From an uncultured Gemmataceae bacterium (GTDB lineage Bacteria; Planctomycetota; Planctomycetia; Gemmatales; Gemmataceae): a stretch of DNA of 64,000 nucleotides. The DNA is taken from positions 224,001 to 288,000 of the forward strand of contig CAVVPN010000001.1 of NCBI GenBank assembly GCA_963750165.1, read 5' to 3'. The notes under the pieces are model-generated. The model had not been told where the DNA came from and did no database searches. It saw nothing but the letters and a program-made list of their open reading frames with translations. Positions 32,860 through 43,189 of this stretch are shown piece after piece (positions within the stretch are counted from its first letter, which is position 1; every line of letters starts with the position of its first letter). The position numbers were made by a program, and so were the translations under genes.

Positions 32860-34188
32860 AGCTCAGGGTTCCATCATTCAAAAAGTTCTTGTTGGGTCGC
32901 AAGTCGCTGGTTTCGGTTCAAAAGCGCAAGCTTCGAGAGTTCCGGCCAGGCCACAACAAGGCTGTTGTAGGCGAGGGCCTCCTGCGGCCATTTCTTTCGT
33001 TCGCAGGTCGAATACAGCCGGTAGGCCAAATCTCGGGAAATTTCAGCCATTCCGCCGAGTTGTTGGATAAGAACGGCTGCCCCCGATTCGCCCTGTCGAT
33101 CGAGGGTGCGAATCAAATGCTGGGTGACTTCCCAGATCGCCAGTCGCTTATCGGTCGCGGGGTTCCAATCGATTGGAAGCTCATCGCGGCGGACAAGGCG
33201 CACCTTGCCGGCATGGGCTACGATGATCCGGGCTTCGACGAGTCCGTTGACGGCAGTGTTCTTGGCTTTGCTGAGGGTTTCAGCGTCCCCGAACGGGCCT
33301 TCGTTCATACCGAACTGCTCGAACCATGCAATCGCCCAGCGTGTGTCGCCATCGAACTCCCCTTCCTGCTCGGCGAGCACTTCGTCGAGCGTCTGGTTGA
33401 TGATGCCCAAGGCGGTCCTGACAGCCATCGCCGATCCGTCTGATTCGATCACTTTGGTATAGCGAGTGAAGACGGCCATCCCCGGCCCGATGGCCGCCTG
33501 CGCCAGATCCACCGGAGCGATGTTGCCGCGCTGGAGATTGCGCAGGGCATCGGGCAATTCTTGCCGCAACGCAGTGATGAACTGCTTGCGGGTTGCCAGC
33601 GGCGCATCGATGGGACGTGGGCGGCAGACGAGGACGATAGACGAGGCCAATGCGCCGACATCCTTTTTGAGTGCATTAGTGGCTTCAGTGCGGATGGGCC
33701 AAGTACCATGAATGCTGAAGCCCGCTCTGAACAGCGCGGAAAGCATCGTTTCCCACCCGGTGGACGCCGTCGTACTTCCAGCAGCGGCATTATCGTCATC
33801 CGAGTCAGCGGTTTCCGCTTGTTTAAAGGCGTAATAGACCGTGGTCGGAATATCTTGGCTCTGAATCTGTCGCATTTGGGCGAACGCCTTTCCCAAGCCG
33901 TCCTCGAAGAATGCTTGGGCTGCCTCCTTGTGGCCGCCGTGTCGGTACGGCGATGCGATAAGTTCTTGAGATTTGGGTGTCAGCAAGGTCGCAAATAATG
34001 AAGGATAGAGGCTTACCAGAGATCGACGAAGCCAGACGTAAAAAAAGTCGCTGAGGTCAGCATACCCAATATTATCGTAATAGGGTGGATCGGTGGAAAT
34101 CGCCGCAGGCGTCGAAACCGCCGTAGCGCTCAGTTGCTGAACCGAGCCAGGGATGCCAACCGTCAGTTCGCAATGGCTTGCCCCCATT

Positions 34189-35100
34189 TTATGTACCAGG
34201 CGCTGTGAGAGTCGGATCAACCGTCACAGATGTGTCCTCGGGCTGGCGTAGCGCAGCGGAGTCGGCCCGAGGACACATCTCCCCGTACTCCGCTGGCGTC
34301 CGATACCCCAACGAGCTGTGAGGCCGGACGTGGTTGTACTCGTGCTTCCATGCCTTGCCCAGCACCTGCGCCTCCCGCAGGCTGCCGAACACCTCCGCGT
34401 TCAGCAGTTCGTCGCGCACCTTGCTGTTGAACGACTCCGCGTACCCGTTCTCCCACGGCGCCCCCGGCGCGATGTACAGCGTCTCCAGGCCCGCCCCCGT
34501 CATCCAGGCCCGGATCGCCTTGGCGATGAACTCCGGCCCGTTGTCGCTGCGAATGTGCCTCGGCGCGCCACGCTCCCGCACCACCCCGGCCAGCACCGCG
34601 TTCACCGCCCGGGCCGTCATGCCGCGCCGCACCTCCAGGGCCAGGCACTCGCGCGTATACTCGTCCACCAGCGTGAACCACTTCAGCGCCCCGCCGTCCG
34701 CCGTCCGGTCGTGCAGGAAGTCCCACGCCCAGACGTGGCCCTTGTGCTCCGCCGGCCGCCGCACGCAGCTGTTGGCACTGGAGCCCAGCCGCCGTTTTTT
34801 CCGCTGCTTCCTGGGCACTTTCAGCCCCTGCTGCCGCCACAGCCGCCAGACGCGCTTGCGGTTGACCCGCCACCCTTCCCGGCGCAGCAGCGCCCAGATG
34901 CGCCGGTAGCCGTAGCGCGGGTGCTGGCGCACCAGCTCCAGGATGCGCCGGACCAGCCGGCCTTCCTCCTCCTGGGGAAGGGGGACCTGCCGCTGGGTGG
35001 AGCGCGGTTGCCCCAGCACGCGGCAGGCGCGGCGCTCGGACACGCCGAACGCCTCCTGCAGGTGCCGCGCCAGCTGGCGGCGCTGGGCGGCGGTCACCAC
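34189..35100 (-). CDS. IS3 transposase OrfB (DDE)
   Basis: WAWDF, RSDNGPEF, PWENGYAESFN, RPHSSLGY. Confidence 0.95.
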   Translation of the reverse strand: MVTAAQRRQLARHLQEAFGVSERRACRVLGQPRSTQRQVPLPQEEEGRLVRRILELVRQHPRYGYRRIWALLRREGWRVNRKRVWRLWRQQGLKVPRKQRKKRRLGSSANSCVRRPAEHKGHVWAWDFLHDRTADGGALKWFTLVDEYTRECLALEVRRGMTARAVNAVLAGVVRERGAPRHIRSDNGPEFIAKAIRAWMTGAGLETLYIAPGAPWENGYAESFNSKVRDELLNAEVFGSLREAQVLGKAWKHEYNHVRPHSSLGYRTPAEYGEMCPRADSAALRQPEDTSVTVDPTLTAPGT

Positions 35101-35366
35101 TTTTTTTGGACGGCCTCCTGGAGCAGCTGCTTGTCCAGGGCCAGCTCGGCGACGAGGCGCTTGAGGCGAACGTTCTCGGTCTCCAGTTCCTTGAGCCGCT
35201 TGGCCTCGTCCTGCTTGAGGCCGCCGTACTGGTTCCGCCAGCGGTGCAGGGTCTGCTCGCTGACGCCGAGTTTCTGGCAGACCTGGGCGACGCCAAGCCC
35301 CTGGGCCAGGTCGGCCTCGGCCTGCCGCAGCTTGGTGATGACCTCTTCAGCCGTGTGTCGCTTCAT
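35094..35366 (-). CDS. IS3 transposase OrfA
   Basis: HTAEEVITKLRQAE...GVSEQTLHRWRNQYGG...RLKELETEN. Confidence 0.95.
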   Translation of the reverse strand: MKRHTAEEVITKLRQAEADLAQGLGVAQVCQKLGVSEQTLHRWRNQYGGLKQDEAKRLKELETENVRLKRLVAELALDKQLLQEAVQKKW

Positions 35367-37226
35367 GGTTCGTCTCCTGGCCCCGCAGGGCCTCAGAGAC
35401 TCTCATACCACCTGGACCACTTTTTGGGGAGCACACCAGCAAAGCACCTTGCTCACGGAATCAGCCGTTCCAGAAATATCTCCGCCTGCACCAGCAAGCG
35501 GATTTGTCTCGGCAAAACCCCATTGCATCGGCAAGGCCTGGCGACCGAGCGCGCCAGCCAGGCGACCAAAACCAGTTCCGGGTTCCCAGACTGCGAGTGT
35601 ACAGCTCCTACTGGATGCCTTGCTGACAGCGAATGCTAAGTAGGTGGCTACCGCGTTCGCGTAAGCGGCAACTCCGGTAATGCCATTGCCGGTCAGGTGC
35701 TCGCCTTGCGGCAGAACCGTGTTACGTATGTTTTCCAGCACACATTCCCGCGCCTCTTGCACCAGATCGCTGAACGTCGTCAAGGCCACGAGTTGGCGTG
35801 GCGTGAATAGCTTGTCGAAAGAAGTCAATCCATACAGAAGGCACCAGAGTGCTCGCTTATCAAGAGCGATTGGCGAGTCAATTCCTTTCAAATCGCTCGG
35901 TATCGGAACGCCTCGTGCCAGTTCTTCTTGTTCTGGGAAGGGGGAGATGTATACACGTCCCCTGGTGCCTTCTGCCACAATTGCCATGAGGCGTACAGCG
36001 AGTCGGCCATTCATCCCTTCGGCTTTGACGTGAGTGTCAGGGATCGGATCGTTACTGAGCAGACAGCGAAACTTGCAACCGCGACCGATTTTTGTCCCAG
36101 CTTCAATTGCCCTGATCTCGTCGGTGGACGGCTTCCCTGTCCGAATTTCAAACCGGTAAGTTTTGGTGTTCCGATCCACCACTGGTTCGACCCATGTTTG
36201 CTTGCCAGCTTTCTTGCTTAGCCAGTAACCGCTTACGAGCGGGACATGGACACCTTGGTACACCGGACTTGGACTCGCCACCGTTCGCGCCCACAGCCAA
36301 GCAATGACGGTAAGGTCTTCGCCGACGTACTCCTCCAAGTCGGGCCTGTTCTTGGCCATTTCCTTGGTGATCTTAACCTTGGGATAGAGATGCCCGATGC
36401 GTTTCTCAGCCTCGTCGCGCATCCATTGGCCGTAGTAGCGGACATCCGCGGCGAGACCTTGGGCGCCATGCCAGACGGTGGCGGCCTTTTCTTCCTTGCT
36501 CTTCTTTTGCCAATCCGGATTTACCGGAGGACGGTCGGCGAACGTGGGGGGGATCTCGATCAGGGCCTTGTTTATCAGCACCGGCACTGGGTTGAGATCG
36601 CTGGCGTAGGCGCAGCCCCAGCCGTTGTGCTTCGAGTGGAATCGACCCACCTCCCGCAAACGGATCGAGTACAGGGGGCGCGTACTCCGCCAGGAACGCA
36701 TTCACAACCTTGGCCGACGGCAGTCGTAACACATCGAATGAGAAGCGGACTCGGGCAACTTTTTTGTCGAGGCCCAAGGGAATGGGCCGACAATGTCCGC
36801 GTTTCACAAGGTCGTGGGCTATCGTGTTTGGACCGACTGCCGCATCCTTCTTCAAAGCTCCCGTTTCAATCAACCGCGAAGCCACGCAGCGGGCGATCTC
36901 AGCGCGGGCGGTCCGAATCACGTCCGCATTGTTCGAGTTCTCCCACATCACCAGTTCTTCGATAAGGTTGAACAGGTCGGCACGTTTAATCCCGGCCGCC
37001 TCCTCATCGACTGAACCATCTGGCTTGCGATACTGCGGATCGCTATCGGGGTCATCCACCAGCGACGCAAACAGCACCGCCCGGCAAGCTGCCAGGGGCC
37101 GCCGTGCCCACCAGAGGTGGAGCGTGCTTGGATGCCCGTGCCGAATAGACTTTTCCCGTGCTGATTCGGCGTTGATGGCCACCAACGGCAGGCCGACTTC
37201 GATCAGTTTCTTGCGGTAGGGTGCGG

Positions 37227-38498
37227 TCATTTCTTCTTACGGTCCTTCTTTGGTGGTTTGGCCTTTGCCTTCTCCGAGGCGGCTTTGGGTTTTCCTGAAC
37301 CAGGAACGGTTTCAGGCGCGGTGGGCTGTTCGGCCGCGGACTGACCAAGCTCCGCTTCAATTTCCTCCACCGTCGGCAGGGCCGACTGGAGATCGGCCGG
37401 CAGCGCGCGAGTGAGTTCGTATTCAGAAACGCCTATTGGCTTGGTCGCGCCGCGCAAGGCATACTCGGCCACGATGTGGTTGCGATCCTGGCACAGTATC
37501 AGGCCGATACTCGGTGCGTCGGAGGGATGACGCAGCCTGTCATCGACAACAGCCAGATAAAAGTTCATCTTGCCGGCATACTCCGGCTTGAATTCGCCCT
37601 TCTTCAGGTCGATGACGATGAAACAGCGCAGTTTCAGGTGGAAGAACAGGAGATCGACGAAGTAATCGCGTTGGCCGACATCCAAGGGATACTGCCGGCC
37701 CACAAAGGCAAACCCCTGCCCCAGCTCCAGCAGGAACCGCTCAAGCTGGTGAAGGAGGTTAGTTTCCAGTTCGCGCTCGTGAAACGGCTCCGTCAACGTC
37801 AGGAAGTCGAAAATGTAAGGGTCTTTGAGGGCTTGCTGCACCAGGTCGGACTGCGGCGACGGGAGCAGCCGCTCGAAGTTCGTGAGGGCCTTCCCTTGCC
37901 GGCGATGGGCCTCCGACTTGAGCATAAGCTGGAGCACGTTGCGGCTCCAACCGTTGGCGAGAACCTGCTGCATGTACCAGAGACGGGTGGGCAGGTCTTT
38001 GACCTTTTCCATGAGATTAACGTGATGGCCCCACGGAACCAACCAGAGCAGGGAATTCGGCAATTGTGCAACAGCCTGTTGCACAATTGGAATGGGAGGC
38101 ACTTGTGCCGCGGGTTGTGGCACTTCTGTTGTTGCCTCCAATTTTGCCACAGGCTGCGGCAAAATTGGCTTCTCCGCGATTTGTGCAACAGGTTGTTGCA
38201 CAATTGCGGACGGGTTGGGGTAGGCTCGGTAGAAAGCCAGCATCGACTTGATGTTTCGCTCGGAAAACCCCTTGACCTCCGGCAACTCGTTCTGGAGTTC
38301 GCGAGCTAGTCGCGGAATGACGGCGGCGCCCCAGCCCTCTTCTTGCTGGCGAATGTCGATGATGCGGCCGATGTCCCAGTAAAGCCGAACCAGTTCGGCG
38401 TTGACCGACAAGACGGCCCGCGCCTGGGCCTGGGCGATACGCTCCTTGACTTCCTGGAGCAGGTTGACGAAGCCGGTCGGGGTGAGGCTCTTGCTCAT
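37227..38498 (-). CDS. YhcG/DUF1016 PD-(D/E)XK nuclease-domain protein
   Basis: [43 protein letters not shown] and DLLFFH...IDLK; ATGA overlaps with both neighbours. Confidence 0.92.
   Translation of the reverse strand: MSKSLTPTGFVNLLQEVKERIAQAQARAVLSVNAELVRLYWDIGRIIDIRQQEEGWGAAVIPRLARELQNELPEVKGFSERNIKSMLAFYRAYPNPSAIVQQPVAQIAEKPILPQPVAKLEATTEVPQPAAQVPPIPIVQQAVAQLPNSLLWLVPWGHHVNLMEKVKDLPTRLWYMQQVLANGWSRNVLQLMLKSEAHRRQGKALTNFERLLPSPQSDLVQQALKDPYIFDFLTLTEPFHERELETNLLHQLERFLLELGQGFAFVGRQYPLDVGQRDYFVDLLFFHLKLRCFIVIDLKKGEFKPEYAGKMNFYLAVVDDRLRHPSDAPSIGLILCQDRNHIVAEYALRGATKPIGVSEYELTRALPADLQSALPTVEEIEAELGQSAAEQPTAPETVPGSGKPKAASEKAKAKPPKKDRKKK
38061..38206. repeat. Four palindromes at an exact 39-bp period inside the YhcG gene
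   Basis: Centres at 38075, 38114, 38153 and 38192. The first is perfect: CAATTGTGCAACAG-C-CTGTTGCACAATTG. Confidence 0.85.
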
Positions 38499-41400
38499 GC
38501 CGGCTCCTTCGCCTGAGCCAGTAGCGCCGGCAGATCGTAATTCACGCTGGTGGCCTTGAAGTCGGGTTCCTTCTCGAAAGGCAGCCGGACATAGCGCACG
38601 TCGGCCCGGTCGGGGTTGAGTACGACGATGGCCAGGATGAATTCCTCGGGTTTGTTGAGGCCGGTGAGGATTTCATTCTTGGTGATCGTGACGGTCCTGG
38701 CCCCGCGGACGCGGCCTTTCACTTCAAGGAACCGCAACAGCCCGGAATTGGGGATGCCTGATTCAACATCGTAGCCCAAATTCTGGTCGCTCACGTCGCG
38801 GGGCAGGTAGCCAAGCCGGCGTTCGACGTCCATGACAGCCTGCATAGCACGGCGCTCGGACTCCTCGGTGTTGAGCGCGAAATCCGGCACCTGGTCGGCG
38901 CTGCTGCCTTGTACTTTTGGAAGCAGTCCCGCAGGGACGACCATCGCGCCGCCCAACACGACGGGCGGGAGTGCCGAGAGCTTGCGTTCCTGGTCCAGTT
39001 CGGCAAGCCGTTTTTGCAGGCGGGCGGTGAGTTCATCGGCCCGTTGCCGGGCCAGGCCGGAATTCAGCTTCGCATTCACCCTGCCGGCCAGTTCCTGGTC
39101 CTTGAGGGCGGCGGCCCGGTGATCCCAGTAATTGATCTCCTTCGTCAGCCGGTCTTGGACGGCGGCTCTGGTCTTGTCGAGCAGTTCCTCCTTGCGGTGC
39201 CGCAACTCGCCCAGGTGGTCGGGCACCAGATGAATCGCGGCGTACTCCATTGCCTGCGCTTCCAGATCGCCACGCAGCCAATCGGGAGCCGGCAGGCCGG
39301 CCAGGAACTTGGCTTCCGCTTCGGTCGGCGGCCGGTAATCGAGATACGGAGCCGGGCCGGCGTTCGTAGTGTTGCCGTGCCGGTCCACTTCGACGAATTG
39401 CAGGCGTTTCGAGACGACGCGGCGGTTCCCTGCACGGTCGATGCGGGCGTCCTGGATTGCATGCTCCAGGTACAACAGGGCACGGGGCTGGTCACCTTCG
39501 TCGGTGTTGTCGATCAGCACCGCCCCGCGCTTCAGCAAATCCCGGTAACGCTCGATCACCAGGTCGAGGGTGGCATCCAGGAGCGGATGGCCGGGACAGA
39601 CAAACGCCGCCAGCGGCTTGCCGGGGACGCTGATGAGGTTTTTCTCGAAGGCGATGCGCTCGTAGCGGGAAAGAACGGGATTCCCCCGGCCGATTTCCCG
39701 GTCGCGGGTGCGGATCACGGCCGGGACGTGCTTGACCTCATAGCGCTTGGGTTCCCGTTCGTGAATCGTTCCGCCGAGCAGTTTGAAGGCTTCGATGAAG
39801 AAGGAGGCGATGAAGTGCGGCTGGAGCTTACGGGCTTCGGCCCGCTCCATGTCTTCGCGAATCTGGCGAACCCTGGTCACGTCCATCGAATCGTGAGTCA
39901 GCGCCCTCCCTTCAACGAGTTCCCGCAAATGATCTCGGTCCAGGGCCTTGTCCACCACGATGAAAAGCCTCGACCGGACTTCCGGCTGGTCGCCATAGCG
40001 GATGGCTTCCAACAAGAGTTCACGCAGCGGCCGATCTTCAAAGGTCAGTTGCCCGAGAACGTCGAACACCTGACCGCCCAAGGCGGCGCGTTGCTCATCG
40101 AGCTTTTCGAGCAGGCGATGATAGACCTCGCCCTCGCGGGTGTCCTTGGCCACGAGGTTCCACAAGTGGCAAACTTCCGTCTGGCCGATGCGGTGAATGC
40201 GGCCGAAGCGTTGTTCCAGGCGGTTTGGGTTCCAGGGCAGGTCGTAGTTGACCATCAGGTGGGCACGTTGCAGGTTGATGCCTTCGCCGGCGGCATCAGT
40301 GGCAACCAGGATTTCAACTTCCTTGTCGTGTTTGAAGGCTTCTTCCGCCTTGCGCCGGTCCTCGCGGCCGATGCCGCCGTGGATGACGACGACGGCTTCG
40401 GGCCGCCCCAACAATGCCCGAATCCTTTCGGTGAGGTAGTTCAGGGTGTCGCGGTGTTCGGTGAAGATGATGAGCTTCCGCCGATGCCCCTCGGCGTCGA
40501 ACATTTCCGTGTTGTTCTGCAACAGCTTGGAAAGCTCGTCCCACTTGCGGTCTGTGCCGGACTGGCGGACGCGCAGGGCCGTGCGTTCCAGTTCCTGCAA
40601 CTGGCCGATTTCGCCGCGCAATTCGGTAATCGTTCGCGCGGCCGATGCCTGATCGACGACCTTTTCCTCGGTGTCTTCGAGTTCGGCGTCAGGGGCGTCG
40701 TCGAGATCGTCGAGGGCTTCCGAGGTGAGGGACGGCAGCCCCGCGTTCAAGTCGAGGCCGATTTCGATGCCACGTTTGAGCAGTTGTTCCTCGCGCAGCC
40801 GTTTTTCGAGGCGTTCGCGGCGGCGGCGCAACGACTGGTAAATGGCCTCGGGGGATGAAGCCAGGCGCCGTTGCAGGATCGTCAGGGCGAAGCCGACGGT
40901 GCCCTTGCGCCCCTCGTTTTCCAGGGCCTCGGCGCGGTTGAACTCTTCGCGGACGTAGTCGGTGACTTCCTTGTAAAGTTCGGTTTCGCCGTCCGAGAGG
41001 GCGTAATTGACCGTGTACGCCCGGCGCTCGGGGAACAGGGGCGTGCCGTCGAACTTGAGCAGCTGCTCCTTGACGAGCCGGCGCATCATGTCGCCGGCGT
41101 CGCTCACATGCACCCCGTCGCGGAACTTGCCTTCAAAACGGTCTCCGTCCAACAACGCCATGAACAGCTGGAAGTCGGCTTCCTTGCCGTTGTGCGGCGT
41201 GGCCGTCAGCAGCAGGAAGTGGCGGGTCAGGGTCGAGAGCAGCTGCCCCAGGCGGTAGCGCTTGGTGTACTTCACCTCGCTGCCGAAGTAGGTGGCGCTC
41301 AGCTTGTGGGACTCGTCGCAGACGACTAAATCCCAGTCCGTTTGCTGAAGTTTGGCCTGGGCATCTTCGTCGCGGCTCAGCTTGTCGAGCCGGCAGATGG

Positions 41401-42004
41401 CCAGGGGGTTTTCGGCGAACCAATTCCCCGTGCGGGCCGCCTCAAAGGCGTCATTGGTCATGATCTGGAACGGCAGATGAAACTTCCGGTCGAGTTCATC
41501 CTGCCATTGTTCGGCAAGATTGCCTGGGCAGACGATCAGGCAGCGCTGCAAATCGCCGCGAGCGATCAGCTCCTTGACGAACAGGCCGGTCATGATCGTT
41601 TTGCCGGCTCCGGGGTCGTCGGCGAGAAGGAAGCGCAGCGGCTGCCGGGAGAGCATTTCGCTGTAAACCGCAGTGATCTGGTGCGGCAGCGGCTCAACGA
41701 GCGAAGTGTGGACGGCCAGGAGCGGGTCGAAGAGGTAGGCCAGGCGGATGCGGTTGGCCTCGGATAGTAGGCGGAAGAGCGCGCCGTCGCCGTCGAAACT
41801 CCAGGGACGGCCGGCCTCGACGATTTCCAGCGTCGGTTCGCGGTCGCGGTAGAGCAACTCGTTGCCGAGGCGGCCGTTGCTGTCCTTGTAGGTCACCTCG
41901 ACGGCAACGGTGCCGATCCAGCGAACGTCGCTGATCGTGGCCAGGGAGTTCGGGAGGATGCCGTTGACGGCAGCGCCGCGGGTCAGGTCTTCAAGTCTGG
42001 CCAC
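38495..42004 (-). CDS. SNF2/HepA-like helicase with a C-terminal DUF3883 nuclease-like domain
   Basis: LADDPGAGKT, DESH, TATPH, GEGINLQ and EQRFGRIHRIGQ; GYDVES...FLEVKG; AGGAGG RBS before GTG 42004. Confidence 0.92.
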   Translation of the reverse strand: MARLEDLTRGAAVNGILPNSLATISDVRWIGTVAVEVTYKDSNGRLGNELLYRDREPTLEIVEAGRPWSFDGDGALFRLLSEANRIRLAYLFDPLLAVHTSLVEPLPHQITAVYSEMLSRQPLRFLLADDPGAGKTIMTGLFVKELIARGDLQRCLIVCPGNLAEQWQDELDRKFHLPFQIMTNDAFEAARTGNWFAENPLAICRLDKLSRDEDAQAKLQQTDWDLVVCDESHKLSATYFGSEVKYTKRYRLGQLLSTLTRHFLLLTATPHNGKEADFQLFMALLDGDRFEGKFRDGVHVSDAGDMMRRLVKEQLLKFDGTPLFPERRAYTVNYALSDGETELYKEVTDYVREEFNRAEALENEGRKGTVGFALTILQRRLASSPEAIYQSLRRRRERLEKRLREEQLLKRGIEIGLDLNAGLPSLTSEALDDLDDAPDAELEDTEEKVVDQASAARTITELRGEIGQLQELERTALRVRQSGTDRKWDELSKLLQNNTEMFDAEGHRRKLIIFTEHRDTLNYLTERIRALLGRPEAVVVIHGGIGREDRRKAEEAFKHDKEVEILVATDAAGEGINLQRAHLMVNYDLPWNPNRLEQRFGRIHRIGQTEVCHLWNLVAKDTREGEVYHRLLEKLDEQRAALGGQVFDVLGQLTFEDRPLRELLLEAIRYGDQPEVRSRLFIVVDKALDRDHLRELVEGRALTHDSMDVTRVRQIREDMERAEARKLQPHFIASFFIEAFKLLGGTIHEREPKRYEVKHVPAVIRTRDREIGRGNPVLSRYERIAFEKNLISVPGKPLAAFVCPGHPLLDATLDLVIERYRDLLKRGAVLIDNTDEGDQPRALLYLEHAIQDARIDRAGNRRVVSKRLQFVEVDRHGNTTNAGPAPYLDYRPPTEAEAKFLAGLPAPDWLRGDLEAQAMEYAAIHLVPDHLGELRHRKEELLDKTRAAVQDRLTKEINYWDHRAAALKDQELAGRVNAKLNSGLARQRADELTARLQKRLAELDQERKLSALPPVVLGGAMVVPAGLLPKVQGSSADQVPDFALNTEESERRAMQAVMDVERRLGYLPRDVSDQNLGYDVESGIPNSGLLRFLEVKGRVRGARTVTITKNEILTGLNKPEEFILAIVVLNPDRADVRYVRLPFEKEPDFKATSVNYDLPALLAQAKEPA

Positions 42005-42908
42005 CGTAACCTCCTGAAATTCGGCGGGTGCTGACGCCGGTTGTGTGGACTTCCTCCGTTCGCATGGGCGCAACCCTTCTTCTCGTTTGCATTTGGCGAC
42101 TCGATGGGGGGTGAAAACGGCATTTTACCTATTCCCATCCCTGCCATTTTACCCGGCCCGCGGTTGCCGGCCTAGCTCAGCAGTTCGGAAAGCCGCGCTT
42201 TTTCAACTTCTGCTGGCCTTCCGGCCGCGATCCGCTACTGGAAAGAGCCGAGCGGATCAGACCCGCGAATTCTTGATGAGGCGACAGCAATATCGTGGAA
42301 AGCGACCAGAAGCAAGGGATCAACAGCTGAGGCGAAGATTGGGAAAGCGCGGTCACTTGGTCGCGGAGGGTCGCCACGGCGAAGCAACCGAAGGTTATCC
42401 CCGGCTCGTCGGGCGTGGGGACCGGCGGCCGCGGCTATTCCCGGAACCCGTCCGGCGGTGTCGGGGATGTGCTGACGCACAGGTCAACCTGGGCCGGCGC
42501 TCCGATGGCCACCTTCGCGTCTCTGCGTGCCACAAGAATGCTCACAGAAGCGCGAAGGTGGTCACTGGGTGGGATGGTGTGCCCCCCCTCCCCGCTTCGC
42601 TGCTCCTGGACGAATTCTGGGGGAATGGGAATGGTTACTATCGCTTCTTTCTCTGGATGCCAGTGAGTTGGCCAACTGATTGCCGGCCGGATAGCCGCTT
42701 TTCTTTCCTTGCCGGGAATGCGCCGCGGTAGCGGCGCCCCGCCCATATTGTTTGCGCGGCGGCGTGAGCCGCGCTCATTTTTAGGCTTGCCAGAGGGGGT
42801 TGCAGGGGGAGATGAGCAAATCATCTCCCCCTTCCTAAATAATGTTTGCAGTCCGTTAGGACTGCTCTGTTTTACTTTGTGTGGCAGTCAGCAACGTGCC
42901 AATAAAGG

Positions 42909-42917
42909 TTATCCACA
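42909..42917 (+). promoter_or_regulatory. DnaA box
   Basis: Perfect TTATCCACA next to an AT-rich tract and the iterons. Confidence 0.8.
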
Positions 42918-43017
42918 GGCATCGCCTGTGTGTTATGTATGAGTTAATTACTTGTGTTAAAGGGCCGAATTCAACGTGTAAGCCATTGTAGAACCCTGAG
43001 TATTTTATAACCCCTCC

Positions 43018-43178
43018 GTGTAAATACACGAAAGGTTCTGGGTGAAAGCACGATGATTTCTGTGTAAAAGCACGATAACGGCCGGCGCCGTGTGATAGCA
43101 CGAAACGGCCATTTTCCGGGTGATAACACGATACTTGACATTTCTGTGTGAAAGCACGAATATGGGTGAAAACACGAT
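43018..43178 (+). repeat. Seven 15-bp iterons (approximately GKGTRAWARCACGAW), plasmid oriV
   Basis: Copies at 43018, 43040, 43062, 43090, 43118, 43146 and 43164, immediately upstream of repA. Confidence 0.88.
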
Positions 43179-43189
43179 ACGGCCGACCG

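Larger units (their letters stand above)
34174..35438 (-). mobile_element. IS3-family (IS407-like) element, 1265 bp, 4-bp target duplication GCAA
   Basis: Ends TGGTGTGCTCCCC and TGGCTTGCCCCC; GCAA at 34170-34173 and 35439-35442; A7G slippery site (T7 at 35101-35107). Confidence 0.95.
32874..37230 (-). pseudogene. DUF1156 adenine DNA methyltransferase, disrupted by IS3 and by a frameshift near 36610
   Basis: [41 protein letters not shown] and TDPPYYDN motifs. Removing the IS and one GCAA restores ...SKVLCELTVGIPG. Confidence 0.92.

Noticed and set aside
38061..38206. Regularly spaced palindromes as a mini CRISPR array
   Set aside because: In frame within an intact gene, spacers only about 10-15 bp, repeats degenerate and no cas genes.
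38909..40858. 649-aa plus-strand ORF, and similar long antisense ORFs such as 50945..52516, 8966..10339 and 34318..35643
   Set aside because: Shadow frames opposite well-supported genes in GC-rich DNA, with no recognisable motifs.
42060..42830. Short ORFs between the helicase and the origin
   Set aside because: Possibly decayed genes, but no motif or consistent frame supports a call.
43018..43178. Spaced repeats as a CRISPR array
   Set aside because: 15-bp units with 3-13 bp gaps beside a DnaA box and repA fit iterons.
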